Assembly: GCA_002269645.1 (NCBI GenBank)
Contig: NIVC01000856.1
Location: forward strand, 186,001 to 250,000
Reading direction: 5' to 3'
DNA length: 64,000 bases
Source of the DNA: Macrostomum lignano
Taxonomy: Eukaryota
This document shows, piece by piece, positions 1-13,000 of the stretch. The notes under the pieces are model-generated. The model was given only the letters and a program-made list of their open reading frames with translations. It was not told the DNA's origin and did no database searches. Each line of letters starts with the position of its first letter. The stretch's first letter is position 1. A program made the position numbers and the translations under genes.

Positions 1-27
1 CAGTTTCTCAAGCATTCAGTCGTCAGC

Positions 28-345
<318 letters not shown>

Positions 346-1001
346 ATACTTTGGCATTTTAGTATACTTATCGTAAATAGAAATAATAAAAATAAAATGT
401 ATTGACGGATGCTGGACGGAGAAGGTCAAAGCAAGTTTAAATATGTGATACTTTCCTCTGAATTTTATTTCAACTTAAAGACAAAAGGCTGTTTTCCAAG
501 AAGCGTCTAATAATTTTAATAATTTAAAAAGATGCAGCTCAGGTTCTAATTAGGTATATTGACGGTGAGCAGAACCAGAACCATGCGAATGGAGGCATTT
601 AAACATTTCTAAAAAATTACAAGCAAAAAAGTATAAATGACCTAATAGTACAAAAAGTTGTTGAAAAAGTACAAAAAGCTGCTCAAGATGTTTGGAGTCC
701 AGAAGGCCAGCTGGAAATATACTCGTATTTTTTTAGACTAAAAAATACAAAAGGTTGCTACCAATGCAATCCAGGCCACGTGAAATAAACAAATAGAAAA
801 GTAAAATTCTAAGAAAAAATGAGATAGACAGAGAAACAAGACTGTTCGACGGAAGGTAAAAAGAAAAAAATCCGGAATGTTAGAATATAAGAAACCGCGT
901 GTTAATACGCTCCTAATTGCGATAGTAAAACTGGCATCCGAAATTTATGAGCTCATAATATTTGTTTAAATGAACATGAACATCCAACCGAAAGGCAAGT
1001 A

Positions 1002-4000
1002 TTAAACTAGGTACTTTCTCTTCAGGTATGTCAGGTAGGAGAAGTCACTCTCGCCGGCTGTGACTCCAGGCGACTCCGACAATCGAGTTGTTGATTTGGC
1101 TCGACTCGAGATCAGATTGCGTCTGGCGGTGTCCTCTGAGTTCAGGGATTTATGGGCGGCGGGTTAGAATTGGAGCGCAGGTGAGAATTTGAGCTGAGTT
1201 TTGGGTGCTGGTTTTATGGGGTAGGCGTCCTGTTTGAAGTTTTGGGGTGTCGGTTTTATGGGGTAGGCGGCCTGTTTGAAGTTTTGGGGTGTCGGTTTTA
1301 TGGGGTAGGCGGCCTGTTTGAAGTTTTGGGGTGTCGGTTTTATGGGGTAGGCGGCCTGTTTGAAGTTTTGGGGTGTCGGTTTTATGGGGTAGGCGGCCTG
1401 TTTGAAGTTTTGGGGTGTCGGTTTTAAGGGGTAGGCGGCCTGTTTGAAGTTCCACAGAAGAGGAAATGACAAATTGTTATGACTCACCTGACTCAAGATG
1501 TTTAGAGATGCTGCAATTTAATTCGGCGCGCAGTTCCTCAAGAAGGAACGCGTCCAGCTGCTGTTGCTGCTGCTGATGAGGCAACCGGGGCTGCTGCGGA
1601 GGAGGCGGCTGCGGCAGTCTGGACTGCTCGCCACCGATGTACCCCGTCAGCTGGGCGTCAGTCAAGAAGGCTCGAGACGAGGCGACAGCTCTGGCGCGCT
1701 CCTTTTCCAGACTGAGCGCTGCCGCGGTGTGCGCCTCCGCGTTGCTGACCCGCTGCAGCTCCTCGGTGAGCTTGCGGCGCAGCCGGCGCTCCTGATCGTG
1801 GCTCTGCTTGAGGTGCTCGCAGGTCGAGCTGAGCTGCAAGCAGGCCTGCCGAAGCTGCTCGGCGTCCATCTGGGGAGGCGGAAACTATTTTTTCAGGGGT
1901 GTCGCCATGAATTTTATGCTGGGGGTGGGGGGCAAAAAGCCAAGATTTTACATGTACAGTATTTTCAGAATTGGTGTTGTCAGCGCTCATTTTAGCGCCG
2001 CAGGCGCTCATTTCAGCACCGCAGGCACTCATTTTAGCGCTGCAGGCACTCATTTTAGCGCTGCAGGCACTCAGTTTAGCACCACAGGCACTCATTTTGG
2101 ATCCGCAGGCACTCATTTTAGCGCCACAGGCACTCATTTTAGCGCCACAGGCACTCATTTTAGCGCCACAGGCACTCATTTTGGATCCGCAGGCACTCAT
2201 TTTAGCACCGCAGGCACTCATTTTAGCACCACAGGCACTCATTTTAGCACCGCAGGCACTCATTTTCGATCCGCATGCGTTATTTTTTGTCGCCCTGAAG
2301 TGTAATTGATTTCGTTAACGGGTCACAAGGTTGGGTGGGGGGGACAAAGCATTGGCATATCCCCCCATACCTTTTTCTGGGGGGGACATGCCCCCCCCCC
2401 CCTATCCCCCCCGGTGGCGGTGGCGACGCCCCTGGATTTTTTTGGAGAGCTCGATGAGTGATATAGGGTGTTCAGTGTAACTGAGTGGGGCTTCGGTAGT
2501 AGCTGAGTGGGGCTTCCGTGTAGCTGAGTGGGGCTTCGGTAGTAGCTGAGTGGGGCTTCCGTGTAGCTGAGTGGGGCTTCCGTGTAGCTGAGTGGGGCTT
2601 CGGTGGTAGCTGAGTGGGGCTTCCGAGTAGCTGAGTGGGGCTTCGGTAGTAGCTGAGTGGGGTTTCCGTGTAGCTGAGTGGGGCTTCCGTGTAGCTGAGT
2701 GGGGTTTCGGTGGTAGCTGAGTGGGGCTTCCGAGTAGCTGAGTGGGGCTTCCGTGTAGCTGAGTGGGGCTTCCGTGTAGCTGAGTGGGGCTTCCGTGTAG
2801 CTGAGTGGGGCTTCGGTGTAGCTGAGTGGGGCTTCGGTGTAGCTGAGTGGGGCTTCCGTGTAGCTGAATGGGGCTTTGGTGTAGCTGAGTGGGGCTTCTG
2901 TGTAGCTGAGTGGGGCTTTGGTGTAGCTGAGTGGGGCTTCGGTGTAGCTGAGTGGGGCTTTGGTGTAGCTGAGTGGGGCTTTGGTGTAGCTGAGTGGGGC
3001 TTCTGTGTAGCTGAGTGGGGCTTTGGTGTAGCTGAGTGAGGCTTCTGTGTAGCTGAGTGGGGCTTCTGTGTAGCTGAGTGGGGCTTTGGTGTAGCTGTGT
3101 GGGGCTTTGGTGTAGCTGAGTGGGGCTTCTGTGTAGCTGAGTGGGGCTTTGGTGTAGCTGAGTGGGGCTTTGTTGTAGCTGAGTGGGGCTTCCGTGTAGC
3201 TGAATGGGGCTTTGGTGTAGCTGAGTGGGGCTTCTGTGTAGCTGAGTGGGGCTTTGGTGTAGCTGAGTGGGGCTTCGGTGTAGCTGAGTGGGGCTTTGGT
3301 GTAGCTGAGTGGGGCTTTGGTGTAGCTGAGTGGGGCTTCTGTGTAGCTGAGTGGGGCTTTGGTGTAGCTGAGTGAGGCTTCTGTGTAGCTGAGTGGGGCT
3401 TCTGTGTAGCTGAGTGGGGCTTTGGTGTAGCTGTGTGGGGCTTTGGTGTAGCTGAGTGGGGCTTCTGTGTAGCTGAGTGGGGCTTTGGTGTAGCTGAGTG
3501 GGGCTTTGTTGTAGCTGAGTGGGGCTTCCGTGTAGCTGAGTGGGGCTTCGGTGTAGCTGAGCGATAAATTTCCATGCAGCTGAGGAAGGTGTCCACATCT
3601 GGCAATTCTCACCATTCTAACCGACTCGAACGTGACGGCCTCGGGTCCATCGGCGCTGTCGAACCCGTTGCTTCTAAACTCGAGCGTCAGGCCGGTGCGC
3701 TCAGAGGCTGCGGCTGGAGCGGGCGCCGAGTTCTGACTGGTCGAGACCAGAACTTCGACTGGGGAAGAGCGATGCTGCTGCTGCTGCTGCTGCTGCTGTC
3801 TCGAGGCTTCTTGGATATCAAAATCTACATCTGGCTAAAATTTATTGAAAGTTAACTTTTCCTCTTGTATAAAATTTCCAGTATCTCAGTCAGCCTCATC
3901 ATCAATCCTAGCATCTTTAACAAGCCCCATCAATCCCAGCATCTTCAACAAGCCCCATCAATCCTAGCATCTTCAACAAGCCCCATCAATCCCAGCATCT

Positions 4001-7000
4001 CAGCCAGCCTGTCAGTCTCACCAGCCCCAGCAGTTTTCGAATTCGAATTCTTAGCGCCGACGCCGACTCTCCAACCTCCGCGCTTTCCGCCAGCGCCTCC
4101 GTCAGCTGCGCCGCGATGCGCCGCGCCGATTCGGCGCGCCCGGCTCGCTCCCCGTCGGCGCGGGCCGCTCCGGTGGCCGCCTCAGCGGCCGCCGACGTCT
4201 CAACTTGGGCGGCTCGCGCGGTCGCCAACTCGGCGCGGGTCTCCGCCAGGCGCTCGCGCAGGTCCGCCAGCGCCTCGGATGCCGCCGCGGCCGAAGCCGG
4301 CGACGCCGCATCGCCGTTGGCTTCAGCGACGGCAGCGGCTCTGATTGACATCTCGGCTTTGATTCTGCAAAGTTTGCGAAATCTCATTGTGCTATTTGAA
4401 CTTCTTAGGTTTACAGGGCTCCGAGAGGACTTCAGGAGAGCTTCAGGGTGACTTCAGGAGAGCTTCAGGGTGACTTCAGGAGAGCTTCAGGGTGACTTCA
4501 GGAGAGCTTCAGGGTGACTTCAGGAGAGCTTCAGGGTGACTTCAGGAGAGCTTCAGTGTGACTTCAGGAGAGCTTCAGGGTGACTTCAGGAGAGCTTCAG
4601 TGTGACTTCAGGAGAGCTTCAGGGTGACTTCAGGAGAGCTTCAGGGTAGCTTGTACTCATTGAAAGTTCAATCAGCCAATCGGCGCTCACCGCTCGCCCT
4701 CCTCCCGCTCCAGCTCCAGTTTGCGCTTTAGCTCAGCTACCTCAGACCGCGCCGCCTCAAGCGCCAGCGACGCTTCAGCGCTGACCTCGCGCTCTCGGCG
4801 AAGGTCGACTCGCGCCAATTCTTCGGCGCTGGCCGCGTCGGCGCGCAGGCGCTCGGCAAGGCGCGCGGACTCGGCCTGTTCGGCTTCGAGACGCCTCCGA
4901 GCCGTCGCCAGCTCGGCCTCCGCGTCTGCCTGGAGCCGTCGAGCTTCCGACAGCTTGTTGGTCGCGAGTTCGAGCTCCTCAGACAGGCGGGCCGACTCGG
5001 CGCGACTCTCGGCGAGGTTGTCGACTGCAGTGGCCAGCTCCGCCTGCAGGCGGGCGAGCGCCTCGGGGTCTTCCCGGACCGGGCTGGGGCAGGCGGAAGT
5101 TGCGACCGCGACTGATGACGTCATCGGCTTCGGCGACGGTGCTCTAGGGCTGCTTGGCTTTCTGCTTCTGGAAGAGATTGCGGTGAAGGAGAGTAGCGTC
5201 AGAAATTTTTTTGTTGCTATGAGAAATTTCGGGGTGATTTTGTGGCTAGTTAAGGGAGGAGTTTCAGGGTGGCTTCATTAATAACTTCAGGGTGACTTCA
5301 TGCAGAGTTGTAGGCTGATTTCATTCATAACTTCAGGGTGACTTCATGGAGAGTTTCAGGCTGACTTCATTCATAACTTCAGGGTGACTTCATGGAGAGT
5401 TTCAGGCTGATTTCATTCATAACTTCAGGGTGACTTCATGGAGAGTTTCAGGCTGACTTCATTCATAACTTCAGGGTGACTTCATGGAGAGTTTCAGGCT
5501 GACTTCATTCATAACTTCAGGGTGACTTCATGGAGAGTTTCAGGCTGACTTCATTCATAACTTCAGGGTGGCTTCATGGAGAGTTTCAAAAAGCCGATGA
5601 AGATCTCACAGCGTCCCGGTCGCTGAAGCGGCAGCATCAGCAGCAGCAGCTGGGAACTCTTCAATGGACCGTTTGGGAGATTCCTCATCATCAGCATTGA
5701 GTTTTTCGCCAGCTTCTTGAGGTGAAGCTGATGTCCTATAAATTAAAAATTGAACAGTTTTGCGGCATGATTTCCCTGTTTGAAGTAACGCTCGCACAGA
5801 TGGGTGACTATGCGCTTTCATAGAAACCAGAATGCACAACTCAGGCAGCTGAACCCACCCGATTTCCTGCACTCCATCATCTTCGGTCGTTTCGTTCCTG
5901 CCAGCGAATTTGATCTGAAGTTTTCAATTTGGATAAGTGCATGCATGGTTCAGAATATCAGATAGCAATGCGAACTGCGTTCACCCGTGTTAAACCGTCA
6001 ACTTTGAAACAATTAATCTTGTTTAATGTTGTTACCATGGCTACAGACGTTTTTGAACCTAAAGAGCCATTTTCAAGTCTATTTCTAAAACTAAGATTGA
6101 AATACTACATAGTAATAATACTACTTGGAATTAGTAGCTCGCTATGTCTAATCATCAAGCATGTGCTCTCTCTGTGCCTTGGGGATTCGCCCTCGCCTTT
6201 CATGGATGTGTGAGTTGCACCGTGCACGAACATCCATGCACAAGCTAGAGCACTCCTCAGAACACTTCTCGTACTGAGACCACTACAAACTGCAATACAG
6301 AAGCCTTTACCCAGCTGCACTCACAGTGACGTTGCCCCCGCCGTCCCGCGCGAAGTCGATGTCCTCGTCGGTGTCCGTGTCCCCCTGAGCCTGCGTTTCC
6401 AACTTGTCCTTGGCCGCTGCTGCTAGCGGCTTCTCGACGCCGCTGGCCGCTGACGGCTCCGACCGGTTCGACGGCGGCCCGTCAGACGCCGCTAGCGAGG
6501 CCTCCGAGTCCCAGAATTCCAGACCGTCTGCTTTTTTAGCGACATCGACGGAAACGGCTGCTGCCGGAGGCTGGTTCTGGTCAGGTTTTCAAAGTTTAAA
6601 CGGACCGTTAGTCAACTTATTAGAAATGCGTTTAGGTTTTTTTGTGGCAATTAGAAATAGTTGGCGCTCTAACCAGATCAGCAGCGATCGCGGCGGCCAC
6701 CACTGCTGCCTCCTCCGCAATGGGCTGCAGGCTTCCTTGATTGCGTGCTGAGTCGGGCGGCTGCTCCTGCTGCTGTGTTCTTGGAGAGGGGGCTTCCGTG
6801 GCCGCGCTGCTGGGCACGTCCTCGGTTGCTGAGTCCCATTCGCTGATCTGCAAGGGTAATCAGTTTTATTGGAACTAGCTCATAACTTTCGATAGCAACT
6901 GATAACTTAGATTGGATATAAAAGTCAAGCATATTTCTGGAAGTTCAGTAATGTTCCGAGTGTCGCGTCGTCGTTTAACTAAGAGTTCAATTGAGTAGCA

Positions 7001-10000
7001 CGATGATTTGGTAAAATGAACGATGTCTCAGTTTCGATATATTAATCATAAACGATGCTAACGCAAACGATGCTCAATATATAATTATTAACGCATTGGG
7101 GTGGCGGGGCGCACGGGGCACGAAATCGGGGTGGTAGGTACACTGGATGTACAGTCAATATTTCAATAGTCAATCAGCTAGTCACTTAGTTATAAGTACA
7201 GCGGCAGAATCCAGCGCTGCCTCACCGAGTAAACAAACTACTATCTGACAGTTGTTACATTTGTTCTAAAATGTCCTTCAAAAGGTCAAGCTATCTTCCA
7301 AAAGGTCAAGCTATCTTCCAAAAGGTCAAGCTACCTTCTAAAAGGTCAAGCTACCTTCCAAAAGGTCAAGCTACCTTCCAAAAGGTCAAGCTACCTTCTA
7401 AAAGGTCAAGCTACCTTCCAAAAGGTCAAGCTACCTTCTAAAAGGTCAAGCTACCTTCCAAAAGGTCAAGCTACCTTCTAAAAGGTCAAGCTACCTTCTA
7501 AAAGGTCAAGCTACCTTCCAAAAGGTCAAGCTACCTTCTAAAAGGTCAAGCTACCTTCCAAAAGGTCAAGCTACCTTCCAAAAGGTCAAGCTACCTTCCA
7601 AAAGGTCAAGCTACCTTCTAAAAGGTCAAGCTACCTTCCAAAAGGTCAAGCTACATTCCAAAAGGTCAAGCTACCTTCCAAAAGGTCAAGCTACCTTCCA
7701 AAAGGTCAAGCTACCTTCCAAAAGGTCAAGCTACATTCCATAAGGTCAAGCTACCTTCCAAAAGGTCAAGCTACCTTCCAAAAGGTCAAGCTACCTTCTA
7801 AAAGGTCAAACTACCTTCCAAAAGGTCAAACTACCTTCCAAAAGGTCAAGCTACCTTCCAAAAGGTCAAGCTACCTTCTAAAAGGTCAAGCTACCTTCCA
7901 AAAGGTCAAGCTACCTTCCAAAAGGTCAAGCTACCTTCCAAAAGGTCAAGCTACCTTCTAAAAGGTCAAGCTACCTTCCAAAAGGTCAAGCTACATTCCA
8001 AAAGGTCAAGCTACCTTCCAAAAGGTCAAGCTACCTTCCAAAAGGTCAAGCTACCTTCCAAAAGGTCAAGCTACATTCCATAAGGTCAAGCTACCTTCCA
8101 AAAGGTCAAGCTACCTTCCAAAAGGTCAAGCTACCTTCTAAAAGGTCAAACTACCTTCCAAAAGGTCAAGCTACATTCCAAAAGGTCAAGCTACCTTCCA
8201 AAAGGTCAAGCTACCTTCCAAAAGGTCAAGCTACCTTCTAAAAGGTCAAGCTACCTTCCAAAAGATCAAGCTACATTCCAAAAAGTCAAGCTACGTTCAG
8301 AAAATAAAACTACGTTTCGAAAAGCTACTCTAAATTTCTGAATGTACAGCTGATTTCCAAAAGTACAGAAACGTACAGAAATCGGAGTTGCGCTACAAAA
8401 TTTTCGCTTTAAGTAAATAAAATAAACTTTACGTACAGACAAACGTAGAAAAACTTACCTCATCCCTAGCAACGGAGTTGGCCGACTCTCCAAGATTGAC
8501 AGTGGCAGGCAGTGGCTTGGAATTGGACGGCTGCGGCACCGCGGCGGCAGCTGCAATGCTCGGCGCCTCCGTCATGGAGTTGTCCCAGTCGGATTCGTCT
8601 TCCGGTGCCGCTGACAGCTTTGCAGACGCTGGTTGAGCCTGGGAAAAGTGGAAGATACATGGAAGCTTGATGCTGCTGACAGAGGTGTACGGTATGGCTT
8701 TCTCTTACTCTACCTTGACTTCGTCAGGGCCTTTTGCTGCGGCCGACACAGCGACAGACTCGTCCCAGTCTGACTCCTCATCGTCTGCTTTTGCAGCGGT
8801 GACTTGCTCTGTGGACTCCTGATTTGATAGGTAAGACAAGTGAAGCATTAGCTTGTTTTGGAACTCTGTAAATAGTTGGCAAGTATGGCCATTCGCATAC
8901 CCTCTTTAGCTTTGGCTGCGGTGGCGGCGCCTCTGAAATTTCCGAGGCCTCCCAGTCCGAATCTTGCCGCTGAAACTGCAGTTTATGTTTAGGTTAGAAT
9001 AAATTCTATTTATAGGAATTTAATACAGCATTCTACGTTCCCACCTCACTCGCTGCCCCTAGACACGCTGCCATTTCTACCCTTACCCACCCCACTCCCT
9101 GCCCATAGACACGCACCCATTTCTAACCCACCCACGTCACTCCCTGCCCATAGACACGCACCCATTTCTAACCCACCCACGTCACTCCCTGCCCCTAGAC
9201 ACGCACCCATTTCTAACCCACCCACGTCCCTCCCTGCCCCTAGACACGCACCCATTTCTAACCCACCGACCTCACTCCCTGCCCCTAGACACGCACCCAT
9301 TTCTAACCCACCCACGTCCCTCCCTGCCCCTAGACACGCACCCATTTCTAACCCACCCACGTCACTCCCTGCCCCTAGACACGCACCCATTTCTAACCCA
9401 CCCACGTCACTCCCTGCCCCTAGACACGCACCCATTTCTACCCAACCCACCCACCTCATTCCCTGCCCCTAGACACGCACCCATTTCTAACCCACCCCTG
9501 CCTAGACACGCACCCTAGACACGCACCCATTTCTAACCCACCCACCTCACTCCCTGCCCATAGACACACACCCATTTCAAACCCCCCACTTGACTCCCTG
9601 CCCACAGGGTCTAAGCGTCCTTATTAATTTCGTTAAAAGCATACCCAGGCAATTCAAACCACTCACACCGTCCCTGGGAGTGGCCGCATTGCCAACTGAT
9701 CTCGGTGTCGGCGCCGTTGTCGGCGGGAATTCCGACGCCACCGTATTGTCATCGTCGTCGTCCTCGGCGTCGCCAATTTCAACGATATCCTCGACGTCGT
9801 CGGCTATATTGTTCTTGGCCGATCCGACTGAGCCGGCCGCGGCCGCTGTGCCAGCCATTCGCTTCTCCAGCTCGAGTTTGAGATTGATCTTGGCGCCTAG
9901 CGACTTGCCGCCAGTCTCGGGGGCCGCTGCCGACGCGCTCTGCGAGTTGCTCCAGTCCGAGTCCGACTCGTTGCCACCGCCGCCGCCGACACTCGCTGCT

Positions 10001-13000
10001 GCGGCCGGCTGCGAAGGCGCCGGTGGCGTCATTGCGGCAGAATTCTTTGTCGTCGCAGTAGCAGCTTCAGGTACGGCGGCGAGAGATTTCCTCATCGGCG
10101 GTGCCTCGGCTCTCTATGACGGTAGGGGTGAATAAAACAAAAATATACTAATCGTAGTCTTAAGTACGAGTACAATGCAAAGCTCTTATCTTTAAGTGAT
10201 AATAATTGCACAAAAATTTTATTGGCCGAGGCCGGTCGCGTGAATGAAGCGGGCAGACGATATTCAATGGGGGTCGTCCTAGAGCGTTTCTAAAAATACG
10301 AGTAGAAACAGTTCAACCCGACCAGCCAATCAGATTTGTTAACCGATTTTTAGTAAATTCAGACTTCAAATGGTTTTACAAGTGCCAAAATGTACATTTA
10401 ATTCGAGTATATATTTTACTTCTTTCTTACCTCCTAATTTGTTACTAAGACTATAACATTATCTGCATCATTTTTGTGCATCAAAATTAATTGGAGTGAG
10501 TTCACGGCTATTTGTTATCGATCGATATGAATTAAAATTGTGAAATTCACACGGAAAATGTGAGAAAAATTAGCTGGGCACATCTTGCAAGTTAAGCTTT
10601 ACCAGTTAATTTGCACGTACGTCACTCTTGCTGTTAAGTCTTCTGTATTATTAGAGATTTTGGAAATCGATAAATTAGGAAAGTAATATGGTTAGGGCCT
10701 CAAACTTAGAAGAGATGATTAGTTTCAAGCTTTAAGGAAACTGTGCGCCTAAGAATAATGCTGCAGTAGTATAGCTTTCACAAACTCTGGTCAGTGGTTT
10801 AGTTTTCTTATCACTGCCTACAGAGAGCTGCTTAGCTTACTAAATATGGGGAAAATTAGCTGTAGATAAATGCGGGATTAACCTAACGCTGTCAGCTGTT
10901 ATCAGCTCAGGTGTATTAAATTGTCGCATGGCGCAGCCAAGGTGAAAAGATTATGGATGAGCAGCGAGTTGAAAAAGCAGCAGCAACAGCGGCAGCGGAA
11001 GCAGTACCGCGGAAGATTTATTGGCTTCCCCGGCGACACTGCCAGCTGCCAGACGAGCAGCTTCATCATCGCTGCCCAGACTCTCAATTGAGGCGGTCGG
11101 CGAGACCGCTGGCGACTGTGAGCGAGAGCGCTTCCGCTTGTCCCGCACGATTGGCACCTTCAGGGAGCGGCTCTTCTCGGTCTCTGGAGATCCGTGTGAA
11201 GTTTGGGCACCCTATCAGTCTCTCACTGTCTCTGCACCTGTCAGTCTCTCACTGTCTCTGCACCTGTCAGTCTCTCACTGTCTCTGCACCTGTCAGTCTC
11301 TCACTGTCTCTGCACCTGTCAGTCTCTCACTGTCTCTGCACCTGTCAGTCTCTCACTGTCTCTGCACCTGTCAGTCTCTCACTGTCTCTGCACCTGTCAG
11401 TCTCTCACTGTCTCTGCACCTGTCAGTCTCTCACTGTCTCTGCACCTGTCAGTCTCTCACTGTCTCTGCACCTGTCAGTCTCTCACTGTCTCTGCACCTG
11501 TCAGTCTCTCACTGTCTCTGCACCTGTCAGTCTCTCACTGTCTCTGCACCTGTCAGTCTCTCACTGTCTCTGCACCTGTCAGTCTCTCACTGTCTCTGCA
11601 CCCTATCAGTCTCTCACTGTCTCTGCACCTGTCAGTCTCTCACTGTCTCTGCACCTGTCAGTCTCTCACTGTCTCTGCACCTGTCAGTCTCTCACTGTCT
11701 CTGCACCTGTCAGTCTCTCACTGTCTCTGCACCTGTCAGTCTCTCACTGTCTCTGCACCTGTCAGTCTCTCACTCTCTCTGCACCTGTCAATCTCACTGA
11801 CTTCACTCTCACTGACCCAGTTGATTGTCTTCCTGCAGCACACTCTTATTTTACATCTGTAAATTACCCAGTCTCTCCACCCGTCTGAACTTACATTGAC
11901 AAAATATATTTTTCTTCTAACCCATAACCGAAGCCACTTAAACTTTTCCTTCACACCATGTAGAACGGCTCACCCGGATCAAAGACTTGCACCGAGGATT
12001 CGCCAGGCGGCAGCACATTCAGACTGATCGCCCTGCGACCGCCCACCAGGGCTACAACGGGCGACCTGCTGCGGCCAGCCACTCTAGTATTCTGTATTAT
12101 TACGTAATTTTTTGTATGCACTCTTTTAATCTACTGTTAGTAGAAATGCATGCAAATTGAAGCAATTTTCGTATGCGTGACTATAAAAATTTGAAAAAGG
12201 GAATATAAAAGCCATCAAAACGACAGGGAAGTAAATTCTGTGGGATGCAAGAATGCAAGGAAATCGTCACACAAAGCATCTCCGCGTGGAAAAAGAGTAG
12301 CAGAAACTCAAAGAAACTCAATTGCTGCAACCGATAAACGACCTGATTCGACGAATTCTCGGGCTCAGCAGCCGCTTTCGACTTTCGCTGCTTTTCCTGT
12401 CCTGCCATCTGCTATTTCGAGTAGTGCGTAAAGAAAGATATGCTGAAAAGTACACTCTCAAACAATATGGGTCTGTCTGTGTTTAGTAGGTAAAGTAAAT
12501 TAAGCTTGTTAGGACACCCGAACTTACTACTGGAATGTCGAAATCTGTCGATTTTGATTCGTCTTCTTCAAAATCGCTGCTCGTACGATTTCCTCCTGCA
12601 ACGGTGATAGAAGCCTGGTTTTTCACTAACGCATTTATGACAAATAGATAGGCACAAAAATGATTGTAGAAGATCTTGAAGAATTATTAAGAACCAAGAA
12701 AAGAAGGGGGTTGCAAAGTTGGGATACTTTACGAGCTAAAAAACGAACATAAATTTCGTAGAAGAATATATTGAAGGCCGAAGATAATAAATAATAGAAG
12801 AAAATCCAAAAAAACAAAAGGGAATCCAAAAGCGGGGCACATTATTCAATTTGGAGGGAAATCCCAGCCTTGAAGAGAATTCCCTAAATTTGAGGGAAAT
12901 CCCAACCTTATAGGTAATTCCCATAATTTGAGGGAAATCCCAACTTTTGAGGGAATTTCCTTAATTTGGGGGAAACCCCAACCTTAGAGGGAAATGCCAG

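Noticed and set aside
400-960. Possible transposon or coding remnant on the plus strand
   Set aside because: Frequent stops and no recognisable motif; more simply the ANKRD26 3' UTR.
2323-3615. Long ORFs (430, 398, 377 aa) and similar ones at 13389, 26133, 37356, 47969, 48171, 51127, 53807
   Set aside because: They are stop-free readings of intronic tandem repeats in several frames, with no domain content.
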